Shown here piece by piece: positions 1 through 12,722 of a stretch of 64,000 nt of DNA. The position numbers and the translations under genes are program-made. The notes beneath the pieces are model-generated. The model saw only the letters and a program-made list of their open reading frames with translations, searched no databases and was not told the origin of the DNA. The first letter of the stretch is position 1; each line of letters begins with the position of its first letter. Source of the DNA: Hamiltosporidium tvaerminnensis FI-OER-3-3. Its lineage: Eukaryota; Fungi; Microsporidia. Where the stretch lies: assembly GCA_022605425.2 (NCBI GenBank), contig CM061248.1, forward strand, positions 930,001 to 994,000. Direction: 5' to 3'.

Positions 1-1153
1 TTATCCATCTAATTTCTGCCACAAAATAAACAATTGTTTTTTTAAAAAATCACAGTAATACAAATATCTAGAACTTTTTAGCTGTCTATACGTACCGAGA
101 CTTGAATTTATGAAAAGTGTTTTTTAAGAAAAGATAGTATTCTGAATATACGAACAAGTCTATAAATACTTCTTAATTTTACAAAGTTATATTATATCTA
201 ATAAGTTTAATAGCGAATATTTTTAATGTTTCTTCGTTGACATTCTTATCCCGTCTTGTTTGAGTTTTTGTGTAATTTTATAATCTTATTTTAGTTCTCG
301 CATAACTATGATCTTCGAAACGCTAACAAAAGCATTTAAAATTCTGTTTAAAGTCTCGAATTTTACTTCTCGAAAAAATGTCTTAATAACGTTTATAATT
401 ACTGAATTGAAATTAGCTCAAGAAATGTAATTAAACAAATCTAAATTTAAAATTAATAAATGTGAGTAAACATGAAAAAATACTTTTAATATATAAACAA
501 AATAGAAAATTCTTAGTAAAACTAGGTCATTAAAAAAAATATTAAAATTTTGTTTAAAAATATATTTGGTATATTTCCTAAAGACTTGTTTTATTCATTT
601 GTTAAATTTACGTTTCGAGAACATAAAATCTATACCATTGCATTTTATCAACTTTCTTTACATTTTTTATACCATTTTTTGCCATTCGATACAAATTCAA
701 AACAAATTAAAACTGTCATTTTAAGAAATATCATTCTGATTCTAAAAATAATCAAATTTCGTATTTTTTATTAAGTGAAATTCTGCAAAAAATAAAAGAA
801 CTTAATTTTTGTTTAATTAGTAATATAAAACTTAGCTGAAATCTAAGTAACAGTCAATTATTGATTCTTAAAACTACAAATAACAATCGAAAATCAAAAG
901 AAATATTCGTTCATTTAAATTCTAAAAATAGTATTTTTATTCAACAAAATTTGACGTTTAGAAATACCAACAATTTTTCCTACTTACTCCTTTTAATTTA
1001 CAAACTTCTAAAACATTTTATAAAATTTGAATTAATTGAATGATAGGAGAAATCATTTTTGACGTTTTTTGAAAAAAATCAAAATTTTTTACTAAAAACT
1101 AAAATAGTAAATTGATTTTAAAACTATAAATACGTATTTTTTTTCTAAAATTT

Positions 1154-2267
1154 ATGAAATTTAATCTGTGCTTCTATCTCATAACGTTATTATACAAACC
1201 ACTTATTTTTGTGTTTATCTATTATTCGAGTGAAAGAAATATTAGATTTAATGTTGTAGATGAAAATGAAGGGTCGGACTTAGCTTCAATTAATAATGAA
1301 CTCAAACTCGAATGTCTATGTCAAATCAAAAGAGATGAGACTAATGAAAATGACGAAAAAAAATGTTTGGAAAGAATGCTTGTCAGAGATTCAAATAGGC
1401 AATATAAACAGTATTATATAGAATTTATTGAGAGAATTGGTCTTAAGTTTGATATATTTGAAAATTTTGACAAAATAAACAATAATATAGAAATATTTCT
1501 CTGTCATCATATAAAGAATTCTGATTTTTTACTTTTTTATGATTTTTTTTGTATCATACGGTTTATTAAATGATAAAATGACAATTGACAAATTTTATAC
1601 AACATTATATTTTTTAGAATATTTTAGAGTTGAATGTGATAATAAATTGCGAAATGTGATAAAAAATATTTGCTCTTATTTAGTGAAATCTGATGAAATG
1701 AAAAATTTTAACATCGAAAAAGTATCGTTTCATTTTTCAAAGCAAGACTATTTCTCACATGCTTTATTCAAAAAAATTTCAAAAGGATATTTAAAACTAC
1801 TGAATTTCGAAAATGCTTTAAAATTTTTATTTTTTATAAAAGAAAATGAATCTTATATTTACGATAAATATAAAGGGTTATTTACAGAAGATAGAAAGCA
1901 TACTCTAGTAATTAATGACGAATTTATTACATTTTTTTATAAAAAAGTGGTTTTGAATCATAATGTTGAATGTTTATTTTTAATAATTCTAAATACATTA
2001 GATATAAAATATTTGCATATAAACGAAATAAACAGAGCGAATTCAATGAGTTTTTGTTTTATTTTAAAAAATTTAAAAAAAAAGATCGATGAGATTGTAT
2101 TCTTTCGGGGTAACATATCTGATGATGTCATTTGTTCTCTAAATGCAAATTTAAATTTTAAAAATTTAAAAAAGATAGTTTTTATTGAATCTGAATTTGA
2201 TACAATTTTCAAATTTACAGAGCATTTAAGAAATATAGTGGAATTAATTAATAAAATTCTGGGTTAA
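1154..2267 (+). pseudogene. Lineage-specific secreted/LRR-like family gene, frameshifted near 1550 and truncated by retrotransposon copy A
   Basis: Overlapping ORFs 1154..1573 (hydrophobic N-terminus MKFNLCFYLITLLYKPLIFVFIYYS) and 1539..2267 join across a T-run. LRR-like segments near the end (LKNLKKKIDEIVF, FKNLKKIVFIES). The last codons (LINKILG*) come from the 3' end of the retroelement. Confidence 0.6.
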
Positions 2268-4707
2268 AATATTTTTAACATTTTTATATGTTTTCTTCTA
2301 CCTCTTTAACCACTATTTTCTCTTCTTCCAAATCCGACTCTTCATTCATGTTATTGGTCGGTTCCTCTAAAGTGGTTCCTCCTTGTGGAATAAGGGGTGT
2401 ATTATTTTTTGGTTTTAAAATTTTAACACCATCTTCCTCTCTCTTTGCTTCTTTTAAAGGGGGTGTTGGTTCCTCGTGCATCTCTGATCTCATAATAACA
2501 CCTATTTACGCTCTCTCCCAGCTCTCTTCGGCATTAAGTCCTGACTCAAGTCCTCTTCGTCGATCAAAGGAAATTGTTTCGACTGTTTTCTTAAGTACTA
2601 TAGACTGAATGTATGCCTCTACATTCATGGGTATTTCTAGTCTTTTAAGATGAGATTTATGGTATTTTGTCACAATACCGTCCCAGGTCATCACATAAGG
2701 GATTATCTCAACACTACACTTATAAATAAGACCCAACTCATTGGCTAGCAGGTCATACTTCCTAAGTTTTTCAGTTTCAACTATTTGAAGTGAATCTTGG
2801 GAAGTGATTCCTACTTCAATGAGCGTTATCTTATTTTTCTTCTTATCTAAAATAAATATGTCCGGTCTGTTATTCCGAATTTTAACATCAGTTTTAATTC
2901 TGGTGTCCACTCTTATCTCTGCATACTCATTATCAAGAATTTCGTGAACTGAGTGACTCCTAATCCGTTTTAAAGACTTAAACTTATATCTTTTTAGAAG
3001 AAGTAGGTGTAGGCATCTAACAACTTCATTATGCCGTCTGGTGTAGTCATGGCCTAGCATTTTTTAACATCTAGTTGCTAGATGATCTACAGTCTTATCA
3101 GACTTCCCGCAATGTTGACACACACCATCTGCTCCCCAGAATACATTTCTATCCTGGATATAGCAGAACACAGCTTCATTTCGTGGCCTAATATTTCCTC
3201 TCTTTAGCCATCTTGAAGAGTCACTAACACTCACAAGCTCATTTTTTCTTGCATTATATAACTTTGAATATAGTTTTCGTTTTTCTATTTCGTTATAATG
3301 TTTATAAAGTTGAGCTTCTTCTAAACTTTTCTTAGTGACTTCTTCTACCAACCTGTACTTTACTTTTAAGAAGCTTTTTATTAGTGCAAGATGGGTTTTA
3401 TTATTATTCTCCACCTTGAGGATTGCTGCTCGTCTAGTTGATATTTCTTTACTTTTTTCCAGACAATTCAAGAGTTGCAGAAGCATATGTTCGCTTTACA
3501 ACTCAACACTATGTAGGCCTCTTTCAAGTTCTGTTCTAGGAAGGTATAAACGCTCTTTACATCCTGGGCGGAGATATTTTTATTCTTCACCAACACCGCA
3601 CGCACTGCATCATCTAACTTAGAGAAGTCAGCCGGTTCAAGTCGAAGTACTCCTATGTGGTAGTTGATTTACGATATCGCATGTTGATTGATTGCAGAAA
3701 ATAATTTTTTTGCATTTAATCTACTGTGACAAGTCTTTTAACTCTTGATATAAGTTTGCTCTGTACTTCTTCAAATGAGCTACGTGTTGGAATTCCTGTG
3801 CTATCTTCTATTATTCCTAAATATTTGTAAACACTAACACCTTCTAGAAGAGTAGCTTTATCTTTACAACACTATTCATTTTTGGCTGACTTCTCTTTGT
3901 TTATCTCTAAGCCAATTACCTCTGAAAATTCCTTTGCCTCGCCTGTCATAGCATTTAATGTGAAACTGTCTTCAGAAAGGAGCTTAAGATCATCAATAAA
4001 CAAGAAATGATTAGTAGAATGGGATTCTGCATCTGTTTGTACTGTCACTTTTGTGTATTTTTCATTAAGCTTTCGGCTTAATGGATCCATACACAACACA
4101 AATAACAAAGGTGACAGACTATCTCTTTGTAGAATCCCTCTATCAATCTTCTTGCTCACGATTTTTTCAGGCCCTACTGATATATCGATTTTTCATTTCG
4201 ATAAAATTACCTTAATAAATTTCAGGATCCAATCAGGTAAATAAAGGTTTTCAATGCATTGAGTTAAATAAGCATGATCTATTGAATCATAAGCTTTTTA
4301 ATTATCAATCCATGGGTTCTTAAATTTATTTACATACTCTTTATTTAAGGCAATATTCAGTAGAACATGCTCTTTCGCTCCCTGCACACCTCTAACTGCT
4401 CCCAACTGGTTCTCTGCAAGCAACCCTTTCCTTTCCACTTTAATTTAAACGACTTTTGTTGCACACTTTGTTGTTAACTTATAGAGATTGGACATACAAG
4501 TGATTGGCCTGTAGTCAGAGCCTCTTCGTGGAATTCCTTTCGGTAACAAATACGTAAGCCCGCAGTAAAACCAATCAGCTTGAGGTGTTCCTTTTAAACA
4601 TATAACTTTCACAATATCATAAAGATATTTGTGAAGAGTTGTAAGCTTCTTAATGAAAAAATTGTAAATACCATCAATTTTAGCAGCTTTCTAATTGGGA
4701 AGCCATT
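2248..4707 (-). mobile_element. Non-LTR retrotransposon copy A (R4/Dong-like; RT + CCHC + RLE), 5'-truncated and degenerate
   Basis: Minus-strand ORF pieces with RT motifs (RGILQRDSLSPLLF, NHFLFIDDLKLL, GLEINKEKS), a zinc knuckle CQHC...H...C, RHNEV and PDIFILD...IEVG...EKLRKY. Same 3' terminus (AACCCAGAATTTTATTAA) as copies B and C. Homology stops near 4707 inside the RT region, and no TSD is visible. Confidence 0.95.
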
Positions 4708-4761
4708 AAAATAAGAATACATTATATTTTTCACTAGTATAAAAGCGAAAAGGGATATATT

Positions 4762-5043
4762 TTAATTAGATCTGATGAAATGGTTGAAATTCCTGGATTT
4801 CGGAGCTGGTTTTTTCTTGGCAAATTTTTCTATATCAGATATAATGATTGGAACACATATTTCTTTTTTTTTGTTTAACAGCGAACCCATGTGGCTATTC
4901 ATTGAGCCATTGTTATTACAATAAAATTTAAACATGTTTTCCTTACGTGTAGGTATACCATCAAATTTAAGAAGTGAATATACGTATACGTCCATTGAAA
5001 CAGCAAACCCTATAAAATACAACCAGGTAAGAATATAATCCAT
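4762..5043 (-). CDS. Hypothetical small protein with N-terminal hydrophobic segment
   Basis: 93-aa ATG-initiated ORF with a hydrophobic N-terminus and a basic C-terminus. No recognisable family. Confidence 0.3.
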   Translation of the reverse strand: MDYILTWLYFIGFAVSMDVYVYSLLKFDGIPTRKENMFKFYCNNNGSMNSHMGSLLNKKKEICVPIIISDIEKFAKKKPAPKSRNFNHFIRSN

Positions 5044-8000
5044 ATCTACTAAAACTGTAAATTATAATACTTTTAAATTTAAATTGAAATTAAATAATAT
5101 TTTTTGATGATTCAAATTTTTTTGCAACATTAAACATAATTAGGTCTTTATTTTTAGTAAATAAATGATTTAGAACGAATTGAAATGTATGTCTCCTTGC
5201 AATATTTAATATATAATTCTTAAATTGAAATTAATTTTTTAATTCCTTTAAAAACCAATTTTGGAATTTATATTTTTTTAATATACTTAAACGTATTTTG
5301 GTACAATTATACCAATTTAAACTATTTAAATTTTTAGAGTGGCACAATAAATGTAAATGTAGAACTGAAATTTTTTTAGTATAAAATAGAATTATTGGGC
5401 TGATTTCAAATAAATCTTTTAATTATTCTAAAGTTTTTACACACTGCTCTCAACTATAATAAATCGATTGCTTAATATTTTATTTAAAGATTATTTTCTA
5501 TAATTTATAGTGAATTAAAAATATATTAATCTTATTTTACTCAAATTAAATAAGTTAATTTGAACGAATGAATAGTCGAAAGACATAAATTGATAAAATT
5601 CTGATACTAAATTAAAAGAGAATATACAAATTTAAGTTTGTATTATTTTTTTTATAATTAAGTAATTAAAGAAATACAAGAAATAATTTTATTGTAATTT
5701 TTCGATAACATTGTAAGATAAAATATTTTAAATTATAAATCGTTTATGTTAAGATTTTAATGAAAAAAAATCATTTTTGCTATAAAAAATCTTAATATTG
5801 TTACATAGGAGACAAATTTGCAATAATATCAGCGTAATGATTTAAATCACGTTTTAATTTAATATCTCACCGGGAAAATTTAGATTGGTTATCTATAAAT
5901 ATAGGACAAAACTTATTAAAACGGGTGTGCTTTTGAATTTCAGTATAATCCAAAATCAAGATTTATCTTTGCTATTGCTTCTAAACCTTTGTCTCTACTT
6001 AAATACTTGGTGGCATAATTCATACTATCAGAACAGTATGATTTCTATAGTATATTTGCTTTCCCAAAATAACCCAAATATTAATGGCTCTGAATTTTCA
6101 AAAAAAAATATATCTCTTCAAAATAGCTTCGAAAAAAAACGAAATTTCTCAAGAGAAATATTAGAAAATTATAGACAGAATCTTTCAATTCTACACAATC
6201 GAAGCGTACAGGGAAAATAAAAATATAAGACCAATGGCATAAAACAAGTCAAAAATAAATAGTTTGCAAGTTCGAATTCTAACATAAACTTGATATTTAT
6301 GATCTAAAAGAAATAATTCATGTTAATTAATAATATTTAAAGAAAATGCTATAAGTAGTATTTGTAAGAATCACATATTTATAAGCAGGTTAAAATTTTA
6401 GGGGTATATAAGGTAAATGGCCCGGAAAAGGAAAAAGTCTATATCTAAAAATCCATGAAACATTTATAATACATAAAGTGAGATTACGGTTAGAAATACT
6501 TGAATGGTATAAACTGAAATTTTTTCAAAGGAAATATTGGTAAGATAATTTCAATGCTAGAAACGAAGAATGGTTTTGAAAAGTGTGTTTGAAAAGCAAA
6601 ATTCATGATCTAAAGTAAAAAAACATACAAATTATAACTGCAAAGCAGGATTCTAACTAAATGATTAGTACTTATAACATTAAATCTCAATTTTAAAGTA
6701 ATAGTCTAACACCCTGCTATAAAAATATATTCAAAAAAGATTACGAAAGCTCTTTTTTAGTTCAAATTTTTAAATTTTCTTTAACTATAAAAATGTGGTA
6801 CGTTAACTTGAGGGTATATTTGTAACTTTTTGAAAAAGGTATAGAAAATCTATACGCAACGTGATACAGAGAACTTTTTTTCCAAAAGTAAAAGTACATT
6901 TTTTATGTTGAATTGGCATTTAGTTGTACAATAATTGAGATCTGTAGTGCAAAGTCTTCAAAACCTAAACAACAAATGAATTTCTATCATAAGCCTATCT
7001 TATATATCACCTCTTTCTAATTCTTTTATGGCAACACGATTTACACTTGAACATGAGTTTGCCAAGTTTTAAGATTCAAAAAACATTTTTTTGCTAGTTT
7101 GGTTGTTAGCTGAACGCAAGACTTCCATGTTTGAAAGATAACTATTATGCCAGAAAGTAATTTATTCACCATGAAAGTCAATTGCGATATACTCATTACT
7201 TCCTATTTCCTATTAAGCCTTGTAAATATTTAGACATGATTCTGATCTTTTATATAGACTCATTATAAAATTGCTAATGTATAATATAGTTTATTGTAAG
7301 GTAATTATCTTCAAAAAATATAGCGATTCGTTTTTGGCTCATATCATTTTTATTGTGCTAGAATTTATATTAATAAGTATAATTTCAAAAAAATAGCAAA
7401 TTCCAAACAAAGATAAACAATAATTTTTGAATAATAGTTGGTGTTCTTGAAACATATGTTCAGTATTCAAGATGAGAGTTTCTCTTTTTTTTCAAAGAGA
7501 TGTTCCACGGTTCAAATTAATGATTGTGAAAGTAGAACTAACCCTCAATTTTGCGTCATCGATTTGGTATATTTTAATGCTAATATTTTGCATATATATC
7601 TCTGATTTTTTATGTTGCAAAATCTCTTTATGATAAAAAAAAATGTATAAGATACCAAACCATTAAATAAAATATTGAGGAAATAAGCCATATCCGATGT
7701 TTCCGATTTTTCCCAAATTTTTTGTTTATTTTGAAACTGTTCAAGCTATATCTATAGTATTAATAATGCAGAATGAACTTATTCTGTTGATTATTTTTAT
7801 TTAGTTTTTTGTTTTTTTAGTTTTTTCACAAAATATTATTTATATGGGCTTAATTCTAATTCAATAGAGTAATATCAACCACTAATAGATATAGAAAACA
7901 AGAGGATGAACTTCTTCGATTACTTATACATATTGTGAAGATAATTATCACGCTTATGGTTTTGAAATAAACAAAATATAATAATTTGAAAAAATAACGA

Positions 8001-8936
8001 TAATAACGAGAATCGAAACATATTTGACAAAGTACAAATAGATGCCTATATTGGATTAATCTTCCTTACGGCTAGCAATAAAAATATTTTTCGTATTTTA
8101 ATCATATAAATTTAAAATGCTATACCACAGCATTTCACTAAATCAATAAAGCGAAATAAATTTTATTGAAAAGTAAATTTGACCTTTATTGTATCACATG
8201 TATATATAAAGCTTGAACTCGGTTAATTACTAGGCAAATATATGTTTGAGCTTATATTAAACTTAATATATAAATTCAGAAGAATATATTACACCCATAT
8301 CGATTTAAATATTTGGTTTTATACCGATTTGTGTTTATTTAAAATGCAATTATGTATAAAAAGTGTAAAAATATCTATCGTAGAGAACGCTAGCATTCTT
8401 CATAAAATGTTCTTGAAATACCCACATCTAAAATAAAATTTCTATGAAAGCCAGAAACTTAATTTTGGTCTGTTTTCTAGGTTTTTAAACAAGTCTTTTT
8501 ACGTAAAATATACAAATTTTTATAAAAATATCGAAAACCATTATTTCATGCAAACACTAAGCCCATTATGAATTTTTAAATTATATGTAAAAAAATGTAT
8601 GAGATTGATATAATCGACGAGTCTTTATGACTATAATATTTATTAAAATCAAACAATTGTAGTGCCTCATCTATATCTTACAATAAATCTATAGAAGCCG
8701 TTTAGAGAATTAAATTCGAACATTATGCTTAATAAATTCTTGATATGGAAACCTATAAATAGTATCAGATATATAAAAATTGTTTTATTTATAGCGATAT
8801 ACCCCGAATTTTTGATTCCTGGGAATAAATTGGGCTCGATAGGATAAACAAAAACAATATCCTAGATTTCTTCTGATTTATAAAAATGATAATACCAGAT
8901 TCTTGACAAGACTTTAAATGAAAGTCATGTTTGTAT

Positions 8937-9176
8937 TCATTCATTCATCTTCGGCACTAAAGTTCACATGAGCTTTGGCCTCCGTCAGTAATACCGCCCA
9001 TGTTCTCTTTCTAGTAGGTTTGTTTACTTTTTTGAGTATCTTAACTGGGTGGGTTTAGAGAGCGGGTTATTGTTAGCCCTAGGCCCAACTCCAACCTGGA
9101 GTATCAGTCCTTTTTAATTGCCTCTTTCAAAGCAGAGAATACTCCAAGCCAATTCTGCTCCCGGCATGGTGGGGAA
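8937..9176 (-). mobile_element. RTE-derived SINE-like element, apparently full-length copy (~240 nt)
   Basis: The reverse complement aligns with 41903-42045 and 63849-64000. It contains CCAGGTTGGAGTTGGGCCTAGGGCTAACAA and ends GGAGGCCAAAGCTC...GTGCCGAAGATGAATGAAT. Imperfect TSD catgtttgtat (8926-8936) / catgattatat (9177-9187). Confidence 0.8.
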
Positions 9177-10649
9177 CATGATTATATAGATGTTTTAAAT
9201 ATTTCACTTTACATAACTCAGAAATATATATTATAAAATAATCTTAAGTGTATGTCCAGCTCCGAAGAAAATGTTTAAATAATATTAAATTGATTTTTGT
9301 TCTACAAATTTGAGTTGAACAACTATCATAATTTTTATCTATATATTTTTTCTTGTATTAAATCTGATTAGAATCTTAGATGCTGATCTGATTCAGTTAT
9401 TTGTTGCATTTTATTAAAAACTGCACAATTTTAGGCCAAACATATGCAAATATATACATAAATGTTAATATTAATTTCTTGATGTCTTTATAATTCCATA
9501 CTATTTTCATTCTTAATACTTAAAGGATTCCCGATTATATGTAAAGAATATTTACTCAAATAAACTTGTATTTTAAATTAAATGAGTTTTGTTCTTTATT
9601 TTATTTTTTTAACTATTCTTTTAATTATAGAATATATATTATAAAGTGGTTTAAGAGAGGGTGGTTAAGCCAGTCATTCAAGTACTTCCCCGATTTTTCT
9701 TAAAAAATTTCTTCAATGTCATGCTATATGGCAAGATTTTACACCGTAAAAACCAAATTTGAATTATGATTATTATTGTGAAAGATCGCAAAAACAAATT
9801 TAATAAACCGAGAGTATATCTAGGGTATCTAAAGTTTGAAAATAATAGAAGTTTTCTGACGGCTTCATATTATCTTAAACAATATACTATAATAGTGTCT
9901 TGTCTAGATGTTTTCCATACAAATATTTTTTTTAGGGTTATATTTCTACGAAAAAGCGGTGGAGTATTTGGCCTCGAATATTCCAATTTTTTCGTAACAC
10001 TACGCTTTCTAAATATGATGTACTTGGATATATTTTATCTTGCTCCGAATTTTTTCTATTTTTAATCTTTAAAATTTTGTGTATAGATGCAAGCAATGAC
10101 TTAAAAGCTCTACTTAAGTAGAAACCCACTAGTACGTCAATAAAAAATCCAGACATACCAATTTCTTTAGTTTTATATATTAAATAGAAAATTTAAATTT
10201 TTTTATAGTAAAAAATGAGTTATAATATTTTATATTTATATTTTTCATTGAAGAATTCTATTATAATCAGGAATTTTATATTTTATTATATATCTTTCTG
10301 AAATTTCAAAAAAAATCCTAACGACTTAAAATTTCTATAAATATTTGCGTCAATTATTATTAAATTAAGTATTTGGTGTTTAAAATACCCTAAATGAGTT
10401 TATTAAATCAGCCGGAGAGAAAGATGCTTCAGTGATGTTATATTTAAAGATATTCAATGAGAAAATATTCCTAACTGCTACAATTATCTAAGTCTACGAC
10501 TCATGAAACATTTAAGAAATATATAAATGAGGAGATACAAATTGAAAACATGAATCCGGACGGCCTCCCTATATATATATTAGAATATTCGACGTAATTT
10601 TAAATTTTAAAAAAGAAAATTCTGTATTTAGCCAACCAGAAATTACCAA

Positions 10650-11200
10650 AAAGCTAGATGCATTATTATGTAATGCTAATATTACTTTCTGGACTATAAT
10701 ATATCATCCAATAAATGTTAGTAGATATGACTGTTCCGCTGCTAAAAATCCTTTTTTCCACCAAAAAAATATAGTTCCTAGATTTGAAATTTCAGTAAGA
10801 ATTTATCTACTTCGCCTGAACGTTTTAAGTGTAATAATTCGTGATGAATGCAAGCCCATATCCTTTAATTAAGATGCTAATGTTTATTTTTCATAGGAAC
10901 AAGAGGAACACTCAATTCCCAAATATATGACACCAGAAGTAATTCCGAAGGTAAAGATATTGTGGTTTTAAGATGCATGTAAAAAGCCGGCGTTAAAAAT
11001 TTGGTATTTATTGATCTCATTATAGACCAGTTTTAATATTTTAGTATTCTTTCGAGCATTCAGAATCGTCTGCTAGAAATATGAGTGTACGATTGTATTC
11101 TTACGAAAGATAATCATCATAAGTAAACATAAAAGGTGTCCGTTGATATTTTGAATAAAGGGAATCATAATACTTCCTTAGTCCTCCCGGTCTCTAAATT
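10650..11200 (-). pseudogene. Heavily decayed non-LTR reverse transcriptase relic
   Basis: Minus-strand fragments in the expected RT order: SIMIPLFK (~11170), AGF (~10990), YGLAFI (~10855), then LLDDIL (~10705). Many stops and frameshifts. Confidence 0.35.
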
Positions 11201-12722
11201 TTAATTTAAAGAACATTTTTGGAATTATATGAAAAAAAATGCCTTATTTACTTCTAAATATATGAATGAAGCCAAGTAAAATCCATTCGAAATTTAGAAT
11301 GATGTGTTATTGTAGCAGTGCAGACACTTTTTATCGCGATGAAACAACGAGTTTTTGCCGTTCTATTTGCTCTTTGATACCATACTAATATTAAATCGAT
11401 GGGTTCAATTTCTTTTGATTATACTTTTGTATGTTCAATGTTTTTGTTTTCTATAAGAAATATTTTCTAAAATGACCTTAACTATTTGTTAAAATATACT
11501 ATTTTTATAACAATCTAAAATTTTAAATATCGAAGTTCTGTAGATGAATAATTCTATTTAATCATAACTGTTAGAATTTTTTGAGCTATTTACTTCATAA
11601 AAAAATATAAAATTGCATTTCTTGAAATGTAAATTACTTTTTTGGGAGAATGTTTTTTAACCTCTTCATATTTTTTTATTTTGCATAATTTCTAAATTTC
11701 AAAAGAAAAAGTGATCAGGTAGTCATTTACGAGTAGTAAATTTTCCATCTATATGATTTTTAATGAATTTTTAACTCGCAGGTTTTGATATCCGAAATTT
11801 TATATTTTCTTTAACTGCAATTCTCATATTCTATCGCAAATTTTTAATTTCGATTTTCTCTTGTGTATTTTGTCACATCTCGGGAAATAATTCTACGAAA
11901 AGCCATAAAAATTCTTGCCAGCCAATATTACAAAAAAAAAATAAGCTTTTAGAACCTTTGTGTGTCATTCAAATTAATAAGCCTATATACAGGCCATTTA
12001 GTTAAGTAAAGTTTCAATGCTTTAAACGAATAAAAGCGCTAACTATGCTATTCGAAAAAGGTTTTTTGATTTGATCATATTATAAATAAAAAAACAAAAA
12101 TCTTTGGCATTTTTGGTTCGGTGTTATTATTTCGAATTATACATTTGCGTTATTTTTAAAGGACCAAAGATTATCTTCAAAAAAAAATATGATTTTATAG
12201 CTTTGAGAATTGTTTTATTTTCGTTTATTTAAATTATTCTAATTTGTAACATAACAGTAAATACAGCCTCTTCAAACTATCCTAAAATATTCGATAGAAA
12301 AATTTAAAGACAAATATCAAATATAACATTAATTCTATTCTAAAATTCGAAACGAGAGACTAAGAATATGAGCTTTAAATGGAATTGTTTTCGATATTTT
12401 GTCTCATAAAATGCCAGAAAAACATCGAAATTTCTAAATAAAACCGGTTATATAAAACCATATTTTTTATATTTCTATTTTTTGTAAAAGAAACATTCAC
12501 ACAATGTTTTGTCAAAATTTAAACAGTTTAAATTTTTCTTTATATTTGAAACTATAATGAAAATTAAAGTTCATTATGATTAATAAATATTTGTTCGATT
12601 TCAATTGATGTTAAATTTTCAGAAATAAAAACATGGTATTTAAGCCAAAAATAGATACCGATTTTTGTCTTGTTTAAATTTAAAATTTACTAGAAATATT
12701 TAAAGCATAAGAACTTATTTAT

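Noticed and set aside
6400-6460. GGGG motif followed by ATG GCC CGG AAA (gene start or transposon TIR)
   Set aside because: The ORF stops after 13 codons and no inverted partner was found.
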